From contig NZ_LT629735.1 in assembly GCF_900104925.1 (NCBI RefSeq), forward strand, positions 372,291 through 404,290: 32,000 bases of DNA, written 5' to 3'. The position numbers and the translations under genes are program-made. This DNA is from Opitutus sp. GAS368. Its GTDB lineage: Bacteria > Verrucomicrobiota > Verrucomicrobiia > Opitutales > Opitutaceae. Each line of letters begins with the position of its first letter. Position 1 is the first letter of the stretch. Under the pieces are notes generated by a model. The model made no database searches and was not told the origin of the DNA. It was given only the letters and a program-made list of their open reading frames with translations. This document shows, one piece after another, positions 21,978-28,966 of the stretch.

Positions 21978-24554
21978 ATGAATTTCTCCCTCGAAAACCG
22001 CACGGTCAGCCTGAGCGTCGGCGAATTCGCCGGCTTCACCCTCGGCCCGTCGGACTCCGGCGGCGGCTCGCAGGGCATCTGGCGGGCCCAGCTCGGCCAG
22101 CACTGGCACAACGATCTGCAGAAGCGCACGCTCGCCGAGTCGCCCGCCGCCCAGTTCGAAGTCGTCATCGACGGCCGCATCACGCACCGCGGCTGGACCT
22201 TCGCCCTCAGCGGCCGCATCGACCAGCTTCTGCCTGAATCCCCTCTAGAGGAGGGTGGCCCACCGGGCCGGGGTGTGTTGCTGCGCGAGATCAAAAGCGT
22301 CATGCGCCCGCTGCCGGCAGAAGAGACCGACCTGCGCACGGACTACCCGGCCTACTTCCTCCAACTCGCCGCCTACACGGTGCTGGTCCGGGCCTCGGCT
22401 TCTGGCTCTGCGCTCCCTGCTCCCCGCTCCAAGCTGGTTCGCGCCGAGCTCGTCTTCGTCGAGGCCGGCTCGGGGCTCGCGCAGACCATCGCGCTCACGC
22501 CATTCGACGAGGCGTTGGTCCACCACCAACTCGACGCCCTCGTCGAGTTTCTCAACCTGCGGCTCCGCGCCACCGAGCGCCGCCGGGCGCTGACATTCCA
22601 TCCGGCCTTCCCTTCGTTGCGCGCCGGGCAGGAAACCATCCAGCAGAATCTGTCCTCTGCCCTCCGTCCTCCGCTGGCCGCGCCGAAGCTTTCGTCCGGC
22701 GAAAGCGAAGGCGGGGCCTCTGTCGTCTTGTTCGAGGCCCCGACCGGCTACGGCAAGACCGGCTGCGTGCTTGAGTTCGCGCTCGGGCAGATGAAGGCCG
22801 GCCGCTTCGCCCGGCTCATCTGGCTGACCGGCAAGTCCACCGGCCAGCTGCAGGTTGTCCACACCCTCCAGCAGATGACCGGTGGAACCGGGCCTCTGGA
22901 CCGGTTTTCTGCGACCCCCGCCGAACCAACCCGTCCGGAGGCCGGGTTTCACCCTCTCGCCTTCTGGCAGGTGCGCAACAAGTCCGAGCACTGCATCAAC
23001 CACACCTTCCACTGCGTGCGCGACGGCTGCGATTTCCTGAAAGACTGCGCCGAGCGCTGGCCCGACAGCGGGCTGGCCAAGTTCTACCTCGACGACCGCC
23101 AGCCGCGCGACCTCGCCACCCTGCGCGCCGCCGGCCGCGAGGCCCGCATCTGCCCCTACGAGATCACGCGCGCCTCGCTCGCCTTCAACGACGTGTGGAT
23201 CGGCGACTTCAACTACGTCTTTGCTCCCGACAACCGCGGGCTTTTCTTCGACCAGCCTGGTTTCGACCCGGCGGAGACGCTGCTGGTCATCGACGAGGCG
23301 CACAACCTCCCCTCGCGCGTCGCCGGCGCCCACTCCCACCGCGCCACCGACACCGACGCCCGCTTGCTGCTGGCCGAGCTCGACCACTTGCAGGCTCCGG
23401 CCACCCTCGTGCTGGCGCTGGAGGAATGGACGCGCCTGCTCGCCTCGCTCCGGCCCGCCGACTCGCTCGATCCCGCCATCGAGGCCGAGGTGCACGACCA
23501 TGTGGCGAAACTGGCCAATCTCGTCAGCACGCAGCCACTGGACTACGCCGCGCTCGGCCCGAAGCACGCGGAAACGCTCTGGTCGTTCGGACAGCTCGCT
23601 GAATTTCTCGATGACGCCAAACTCACCAAACTCCTGTGGGTGGCCCGCGAGGGCGAACTGGAGTTCACCTGTGTGGACGCGGCGCCGGCCATCGGTGAAA
23701 TCCTGAAAACCTTTGGCGGTGCGATCCTGATGTCCGCCACGCTGCAGCCTTACCCCGAGTTCGCCGCTTCGTGCGGGCTGGTAGGGCGAGTCGTCCCCGA
23801 CGAGCCGCGGCTCACCGAGACGGTTCGCCCTACCTATGCCACCCTCCACGCGCCCACGCCCTGGCGGGCCGGGGCCTACGATGTCGCCGTGGACCTGCGC
23901 GTCAGCACCACGTTTCGCGAGCGCAGCACCTACTACGGCACGACTGCCGCGACGGTGGAAGAACTGCATCGAGCTTCCTCCCTTCAGGTTTCAGGTCTCA
24001 GGTCTCAGGTCTCCACAGCGACAGCCGCCGTCGCCGTCTTCTTCCCCTCTTACGCCTACGCCGAGGCGGTGCTCCGCGCGTTGGAACAGAACGGCTCGGT
24101 GCTCCGCGTCGCCCTGCAGCCGAAGCTCCCCGATCTCACGGCGCAGACGGCGTGGATCGAGGAGAACGTCGCCCTGAGCGACGCGCTCTTCCTCGTGCTC
24201 GGCAGCAGCTTTGCCGAAGGCATCGATCTGCTCGGCGGCCGCGTGAGCCACGCCATGGTCGTCGGCCCCGCCCTGCCCGAGGTCAATGCGGTGCAGAAGG
24301 CGCGCATGGACGCGCTGGCCGGGCTTGGCCGCGAAGCGTCGTTCCGCCGCGTCTACCAGATCCCCGGGCTGCAGAAGGTGAACCAGGCCGTCGGTCGCCT
24401 CGTGCGCGCGCCCGGCCAGCACGCCAAGATGCTGCTGCACTGCCGGCGCTTCGCCGAGCCGTCCTACGCCGCGCTGCTCGCGGCGGACTACCAGATGTTC
24501 AAGGAGATCGCCTCCGAGTCCGACCTCCGCGAGTGGTTGGACGGGACGGGCTAG
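21978..24554 (+). CDS. Fusion protein: N-terminal PD-(D/E)xK (Cas4/RecB-like) nuclease domain + XPD/Rad3/DinG-type Fe-S superfamily-2 helicase
   Basis: Nuclease motifs: GRIDQL (D), LREIKS (ExK) and YFLQLAAY (QxxxY). Helicase motifs: Walker A FEAPTGYGKTG and DEAH box LLVIDEAHNL. Cys cluster: HCINHTFHCVRDGCDFLKDC ... ICPYE. C-terminal blocks: FFPSYAY, SFAEGIDL and QAVGRLVR. I prefer ATG at 21978 (MNFSLENR); the ORF-track start is GTG at 21957. Confidence 0.85.
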   Translation: MNFSLENRTVSLSVGEFAGFTLGPSDSGGGSQGIWRAQLGQHWHNDLQKRTLAESPAAQFEVVIDGRITHRGWTFALSGRIDQLLPESPLEEGGPPGRGVLLREIKSVMRPLPAEETDLRTDYPAYFLQLAAYTVLVRASASGSALPAPRSKLVRAELVFVEAGSGLAQTIALTPFDEALVHHQLDALVEFLNLRLRATERRRALTFHPAFPSLRAGQETIQQNLSSALRPPLAAPKLSSGESEGGASVVLFEAPTGYGKTGCVLEFALGQMKAGRFARLIWLTGKSTGQLQVVHTLQQMTGGTGPLDRFSATPAEPTRPEAGFHPLAFWQVRNKSEHCINHTFHCVRDGCDFLKDCAERWPDSGLAKFYLDDRQPRDLATLRAAGREARICPYEITRASLAFNDVWIGDFNYVFAPDNRGLFFDQPGFDPAETLLVIDEAHNLPSRVAGAHSHRATDTDARLLLAELDHLQAPATLVLALEEWTRLLASLRPADSLDPAIEAEVHDHVAKLANLVSTQPLDYAALGPKHAETLWSFGQLAEFLDDAKLTKLLWVAREGELEFTCVDAAPAIGEILKTFGGAILMSATLQPYPEFAASCGLVGRVVPDEPRLTETVRPTYATLHAPTPWRAGAYDVAVDLRVSTTFRERSTYYGTTAATVEELHRASSLQVSGLRSQVSTATAAVAVFFPSYAYAEAVLRALEQNGSVLRVALQPKLPDLTAQTAWIEENVALSDALFLVLGSSFAEGIDLLGGRVSHAMVVGPALPEVNAVQKARMDALAGLGREASFRRVYQIPGLQKVNQAVGRLVRAPGQHAKMLLHCRRFAEPSYAALLAADYQMFKEIASESDLREWLDGTG
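22238..22280 (+). repeat. Family 3 ('SPLERG') element variant inside the nuclease domain
   Basis: atcccctctagaggaggg - tggcccaccgggcc - ggggtgtgttg, translated as ESPLEEGGPPGRGVL. It lies between GRIDQL and LREIKS. Confidence 0.85.
22645..22672 (+). repeat. Heptamer array (TCCTCYG-type, 4 units) inside the helicase gene
   Basis: gaatctg tcctctg ccctccg tcctccg, translated as NLSSALRPP in the linker before the Walker A motif. Confidence 0.75.
23984..24011 (+). repeat. Heptamer tandem repeat (TCAGGTY x4, three perfect) inside the helicase gene
   Basis: tcaggtt tcaggtc tcaggtc tcaggtc, translated as (L)QVSGLRSQVS just before the FFPSYAY helicase block. Confidence 0.9.
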
Positions 24555-24790
24555 AACGACTTGTCCGGCTTGGTTTTGATTGGCGCACTCGGTTCCAATT
24601 CGAACTTCTCCGTCTTCACCTCGCGGGTGAAGCGGGCCAGTGGTTTGGCGGCCAGCAGCACCAAATCGGCGTGCTCAAGCCAATCCGGATACCGCGCCAC
24701 CCACTTGCCATTGCGAATGACCCGGGCGGATGAAACCCCGCATATCGTCCAGCGGTGAGGGGTGCCCGCAGGGCGGGGGGTGTCGAACAC
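24551..24790 (-). CDS. Possible small hypothetical protein (49-79 aa); the N-terminal part of the ORF is repeat-derived
   Basis: Third-codon positions are strongly G/C-biased over ...VIRNGKWVARYPDWLEHADLVLLAAKPLARFTREVKTEKFELEPSAPIKTKPDKSF, which fits coding sequence in this genome. I recognise no motif. The ORF begins inside the family 3 fragment at 24757-24785. Its stop overlaps the helicase stop on the palindrome CTAG (24551-24554). Confidence 0.3.
   Translation of the reverse strand: MFDTPRPAGTPHRWTICGVSSARVIRNGKWVARYPDWLEHADLVLLAAKPLARFTREVKTEKFELEPSAPIKTKPDKSF
24757..24785 (+). repeat. Partial family 3 element (right two-thirds only)
   Basis: gaggggtgcccgcagggcggggggtgtcg. The middle hairpin gccc-gca-gggc is the same as in copy A at 288-329. 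The left cccctct arm is degenerate. Confidence 0.75.
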
Positions 24791-24801
24791 CGCGCGCCGG
24801 C

Positions 24802-25830
24802 TCAGACCGCGTCGACCTCGCCGAGCAGGTTGGCGAAGATCATCTTGCCACTTCCGCTGGGCAGCACGCCGATGATCTCGGCCGTCACGCGCTTGCCGAC
24901 GAAGGCCCGGCCGTTGTTCACGACGACCATGGAGCCGTCGGGGAGATAGCCGAGCGCCTGGCCGTCCTCCTTGCCGGGCTTGAGCAGCTCGACGCCGATG
25001 CTCTCGCCGATGACAAGCTCCGGGCGGAGCGCGGTTTCCAGCGCGTGCAGGTTGAGCCAGGACACGCCCTGGAACTTCGCCATCGTGGCGAGGTTGGTGT
25101 CGGTCGTGAGCAGCTTGGCGCGCATGGACTGGGCCAGGAAGACCAGCTTGGCCTCGATGTCCTGGCGGCGGGCGACCTCGCTCTGGTGGATGCGGATGTC
25201 GAGGTGCTTGATGGCGCGCAGCTCGTTCAGCACCTGCAGCCCGCGGCGACCGCGGGCCTGCTTGACCGGGTCGGGCGAGTCGGCGATGGCCTGGAGCTCG
25301 GAGAGCACGAAGCTGGGGATGACCAGCCCCGCTCCGAGGAACTGCGTCTGGCAGATCCGGGCGATGCGGCCGTCGATCAGCGCGGTGGCGTCGACCACCA
25401 CCAGCGGCACGTCCACCTCGTGGGGCACGAACCGCACGTAGGGGATGACGAGGTTGAAGTCGTCCTTGCCGCGCAGAGCGATCACGGTGCCGAGGTAGGT
25501 GCAGACGACGAACAGCACCATCTGGACGAGGTAGGTCGTCTGCTGGTTGAATTCACGTCCCTGGGGTGGGTTGAGCAGCGGCGAAATCCCGATCAACCAG
25601 GCAATGGCCGCACCGATGGCGAGGCCGAAAGTCAGGGCCGTCAGGCCGCGCAGGGAAAAGCCCTTGAGCATCAGGTCGACCAGCACCACGAGGGAGCCGA
25701 TCATCAGACCGATGGACACGGCGAGCCCGCGGTGGCTGTCCCATTCCTGCACGGTGTAGCAGATCAGCCAGCTGCCGATGGCGCAGAGGGCGATGAAGAC
25801 TATCCGGATGACGATCAGCGTTTTATTCAT
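24802..25830 (-). CDS. Membrane-anchored PIN + TRAM domain protein (YacL-like)
   Basis: Four N-terminal TM helices are followed by a PIN domain (PLVVVDATALIDGRI ... LVIPSFVLSELQ ... KLLTTDTNL) and a C-terminal TRAM domain (GKRVTAEIIGVLPSGSGKMIFANL). Confidence 0.85.
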   Translation of the reverse strand: MNKTLIVIRIVFIALCAIGSWLICYTVQEWDSHRGLAVSIGLMIGSLVVLVDLMLKGFSLRGLTALTFGLAIGAAIAWLIGISPLLNPPQGREFNQQTTYLVQMVLFVVCTYLGTVIALRGKDDFNLVIPYVRFVPHEVDVPLVVVDATALIDGRIARICQTQFLGAGLVIPSFVLSELQAIADSPDPVKQARGRRGLQVLNELRAIKHLDIRIHQSEVARRQDIEAKLVFLAQSMRAKLLTTDTNLATMAKFQGVSWLNLHALETALRPELVIGESIGVELLKPGKEDGQALGYLPDGSMVVVNNGRAFVGKRVTAEIIGVLPSGSGKMIFANLLGEVDAV

Positions 25831-25846
25831 ACCACGGGGCGGCGAA

Positions 25847-25987
25847 TCAATTGAATACTCCCTTGTTTTTCAGCCACAGCAAGACAAAGGGCAGGACGCC
25901 GAGGAAAATCATGACCCCGTAGAGAATCAGCTGGGCCCGGTGGGCCTTCTTCTGCAGTTCGGGATCCAACTCTTCCATGCGCGGCAT
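25847..25987 (-). CDS. Possible 46-aa single-pass membrane protein upstream of the PIN-TRAM gene
   Basis: MPRMEELDPELQKKAHRAQLILYGVMIFLGVLPFVLLWLKNKGVFN: charged N-terminus, one clear TM helix and a basic tail. Its stop lies 16 nt upstream of the PIN-TRAM start. It forms the C-terminal portion of a longer shadow ORF in the track. Confidence 0.4.
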   Translation of the reverse strand: MPRMEELDPELQKKAHRAQLILYGVMIFLGVLPFVLLWLKNKGVFN

Positions 25988-28340
25988 CCGACCAAGCGGG
26001 TGCGCGGTTGACAACGTTATACTGGCGGGGCCGGTGCATCCCTCTTTCGAGGGGGCCAAACGGTTCTTGGAATCGACCGCCGCCGCCGTAATTTTTCCGT
26101 CTACGCTTACCCCCTCTCCCAGCCCCTCTCCGGTCCGGTCCGTGATAGCCGCGGCGCTCGGCCTGTTGGTGTCCCTGCTCCCCGCCGCGGAGCCGGCGCC
26201 CGCCACCCTGCGCACGGCCGCGGAGGCGCTGGCGCTGCCCCCGGAGGTGGCGATGACGCACCTGCCGGTGGCCATCCGCGGGATCGTCACGGCCGCGGAG
26301 CCCGATTGGGCCGGCAAGTTCTTCGTGCAGGACGAGAGCGGCGGCATCTTCGTCAGCAACGCCGGCCGGCAACCCGCGGTGGGCGACGTGGTGGAGGTGA
26401 CCGGCGTCACCGGCCCCGGGGCGTTCGCGCCGGTGATCAGCAACGCCCGCTGCACCAAGGTGGGCCGGGCGCCGCTGCCGCCGGCCCGGCACGCCACCAT
26501 CGAGCGGCTGATGGCGGGCGCGGAGGACAGCCAGCGGGTGGAGATCACCGGCCTGGTGCGCGCCGCCTATTTCGCGCCAACCCGCAAGCTGCTGGTCGAG
26601 GTGTCCCTCGGCGCCTACCGCATCCGCGTCTTTCCCAAGCTGCCGCCGCAGATCAACCCGGAGTCGCTCATCGCCGCCAAGGTCACCGTGCGCGGCACGG
26701 CCGCGACCTCTTTCAATGCCGCCCTGCGCCAGCTGACAGCCGTGAACCTTTACGTGCCCACCGCCGAGGACTTCGTGGTGGAGCAGCGCGAGCCGCATCC
26801 GCCGTTCGAGCAGCCCGTCGTCAAGCTCGGCGACATCGCCCGTTACCGGCCGAATGTCAGCCTGGGCGAACGGTTGCATGTCAGCGGGACGGTGACCCTG
26901 CAGCGGGTCGGCCAGGATTTTTATATCCAGGATGACACGGGCGGCCTGCACCTGGAGAGCCAGCAGAACACGCCGCTCCTCGCCCCCGGGGACGTGGTCG
27001 AGGCCGTGGGCTTCCTGGAACTCATCAACTTCCAGCCGGTGCTGAAGGACGCCGTCTTCCGCCGGGGGCAGGAAACCGCGCTGCCCCTCCGCGGCCGCGC
27101 CGTGCCCTACGAGGAACTGCGCAACGGCCAGCACCCGGCCGAACTCATCGTGCTGCGCGGCAAACTGCTCGACCGCAGCCTCCGGCCGGTGCGCCGCGAC
27201 GGCGCTTCCTTCGCCGGCCAGCGCGTCACCTGCACGATCCAGACGCCCGACCTGACCTTCACCGCCGAGTGCGAGGAAGCCACGGACAACCTCCGCCTTG
27301 CTGCCGTGCCGCTCGGCAGCCTCGTCGAGCTGCACGGTATCGCCACCTTCGAGACGGGCGATGACGGCAAGCTGAAGGCCCTGAACCTGCTGCTGCCCGA
27401 GGCCAGCAGTCTCGTGGTGCTGGAGACGCCGAGCTGGTTCACCGCCGAGCGGCTGCTCGTCGGCCTGGCGATCGTCTGCGTGCTGCTGGCGGGCCTCGCC
27501 GCGTGGTCGCTGTCCATCGCGAAGAAGAATGCCATGCTGGGCATCCTGATCGCGGAACGGCAGAGGGCCGAGCGGGAGCTCCAGCAGGCGCACGACCACC
27601 TGGAGGAGCGCGTGCGGGAGCGCACCGAGCAGCTCAAGGTCGAGATGACCGCGCGCAAGACCGCGGAGCTCGAGTTCCGCGCCGTGCTGTCCGAGCGCAC
27701 CCGGCTGGCCCGCGAGCTGCACGACACGCTCGAGCAGGCCCTGACCGGCATCGCGCTCCAGCTCGACACCGCCGCCAAGCTTTTCTCGCGCAACCCGGAG
27801 GACGCCAGCCAGCGGCTCGAGCTGGCCCGGGGCTTCCTGCGGCAAAGCCAGCTGGAATTGCGCCGCTCGATCTGGGACCTGCGCTCGCGGGAGCTGGAAC
27901 AGTTCGACCTCGCCGAGGCGCTGACCATGGCGAGCCGGCAGATCGCGACCGGCACGCCGCTGCACGTGGACGTGGCGATCACCGGCAAGCGGCGGCGGCT
28001 GCCCGAGATCGTCGAGGAAAACCTGCTGCGCATCGGCCAGGAAGCCATGACCAACGTCGTAAAGCATTCCCACGCCACCCGCGTCGTGCTGCGCCTGGAA
28101 TTCCTACCGAACTCGGTCGCTCTCGAGATCCGGGACAACGGCCGTGGCCTGAGCGCCGAACGCGTCGGGGCTTATGAAGCGCGCCAATTCGGCCTGCTGG
28201 GCATGAGCGAGCGCGCCAAGCGTCTCGGCGGCCGTCTCGACCTCTCGGGCACCCCCGGCGAGGGCACCACCGTGCGCGCGGTCATTCCGCTGGAAACCGC
28301 CGCCGAATCCCCGGTCCCGCCCGTCCCCGCCATCATATGA
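25977..28340 (+). CDS. Sensor histidine kinase (HisKA_3/NarX-type) with a large ~430-aa extracytoplasmic sensor
   Basis: H-box RLARELHDTLEQALTGI; N-box LLRIGQEAMTNVVKHS; DNGRGL; GLLGMSERAKRLGG. The TM helix is LLVGLAIVCVLLAGLAAWSL. The sensor contains repeated modules with F(V/I)QD(E/D)(S/T)GG(I/L). The start is uncertain: ATG at 25977 overlaps the divergent small ORF, and in-frame GTGs at 26034 or 26142 are alternatives. Confidence 0.85.
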   Translation: MRGIRPSGCAVDNVILAGPVHPSFEGAKRFLESTAAAVIFPSTLTPSPSPSPVRSVIAAALGLLVSLLPAAEPAPATLRTAAEALALPPEVAMTHLPVAIRGIVTAAEPDWAGKFFVQDESGGIFVSNAGRQPAVGDVVEVTGVTGPGAFAPVISNARCTKVGRAPLPPARHATIERLMAGAEDSQRVEITGLVRAAYFAPTRKLLVEVSLGAYRIRVFPKLPPQINPESLIAAKVTVRGTAATSFNAALRQLTAVNLYVPTAEDFVVEQREPHPPFEQPVVKLGDIARYRPNVSLGERLHVSGTVTLQRVGQDFYIQDDTGGLHLESQQNTPLLAPGDVVEAVGFLELINFQPVLKDAVFRRGQETALPLRGRAVPYEELRNGQHPAELIVLRGKLLDRSLRPVRRDGASFAGQRVTCTIQTPDLTFTAECEEATDNLRLAAVPLGSLVELHGIATFETGDDGKLKALNLLLPEASSLVVLETPSWFTAERLLVGLAIVCVLLAGLAAWSLSIAKKNAMLGILIAERQRAERELQQAHDHLEERVRERTEQLKVEMTARKTAELEFRAVLSERTRLARELHDTLEQALTGIALQLDTAAKLFSRNPEDASQRLELARGFLRQSQLELRRSIWDLRSRELEQFDLAEALTMASRQIATGTPLHVDVAITGKRRRLPEIVEENLLRIGQEAMTNVVKHSHATRVVLRLEFLPNSVALEIRDNGRGLSAERVGAYEARQFGLLGMSERAKRLGGRLDLSGTPGEGTTVRAVIPLETAAESPVPPVPAII

Positions 28341-28966
28341 CCAAGGAACCCGCCGTCCGCATCCTCGTCGTCGACGATCATTTCATCGTCCGGATGGGCC
28401 TCATTGCCCTGATCAACACCGAGCCCGACCTGGCGGTCATCGGCGAGACCGACGACGGCGACCAGGCCATCGCGCTGTTCGAGAAACTGAAGCCCGACCT
28501 CGTGCTGATGGACTTGCGGATGCCGCGCCGCTCGGGCACCGAGGCCACGCGGCACATCCGCCAGATGGCCCCGGCCGCGCGCGTGCTGATGCTGTCCGCC
28601 TTCGACGGCGACGCGGACATCCACGCCGCCCTCGAGGCCGGCGCGCACGGCTACGTGCTGAAGAGCGCCACCGGCGAGGATCTGATCCCGGCCATCCGCG
28701 CCGTCGCCGCGGGCAAGCGCTGGATCCCGCGCGAGGTCGCCACGCGCCTCAAGTCACGGAACGCCTACGAGGAGCTCACCGCGCGCGAGATCGACGTGCT
28801 GAACCAGCTGGCCCGCGGCCTCGCCAACAAGGAGATCGCCGACGAACTGAAGATCAGCGAATACACGACGAAGGACCACCTGAAGAGCATCCTCGCCAAA
28901 CTGCGGGTCGCGGACCGCACGCAGGCCGTCACGGCCGCGCTGTCGCGCGGCATCATCCGGCTGTGA
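28337..28966 (+). CDS. NarL/FixJ-family response regulator (REC + LuxR-type HTH)
   Basis: ILVVDDH, DLVLMDLRMP (phospho-Asp), LMLSAF and GYVLKS. The HTH is LTAREIDVLNQLARGLANKEIADELKISEYTTKDHLKSILAKL. The start overlaps the kinase stop (ATGA). Confidence 0.9.
   Translation: MTKEPAVRILVVDDHFIVRMGLIALINTEPDLAVIGETDDGDQAIALFEKLKPDLVLMDLRMPRRSGTEATRHIRQMAPAARVLMLSAFDGDADIHAALEAGAHGYVLKSATGEDLIPAIRAVAAGKRWIPREVATRLKSRNAYEELTAREIDVLNQLARGLANKEIADELKISEYTTKDHLKSILAKLRVADRTQAVTAALSRGIIRL

Noticed and set aside
24561-24758. Plus-strand ORF of 65 aa (MSGLVLIGALGSNSNF...) in the helicase/PIN-TRAM gap.
   Set aside because: It has no motif and a Ser-rich, low-complexity character. The opposite-strand ORF shows the better third-position GC bias, so this is probably its shadow.
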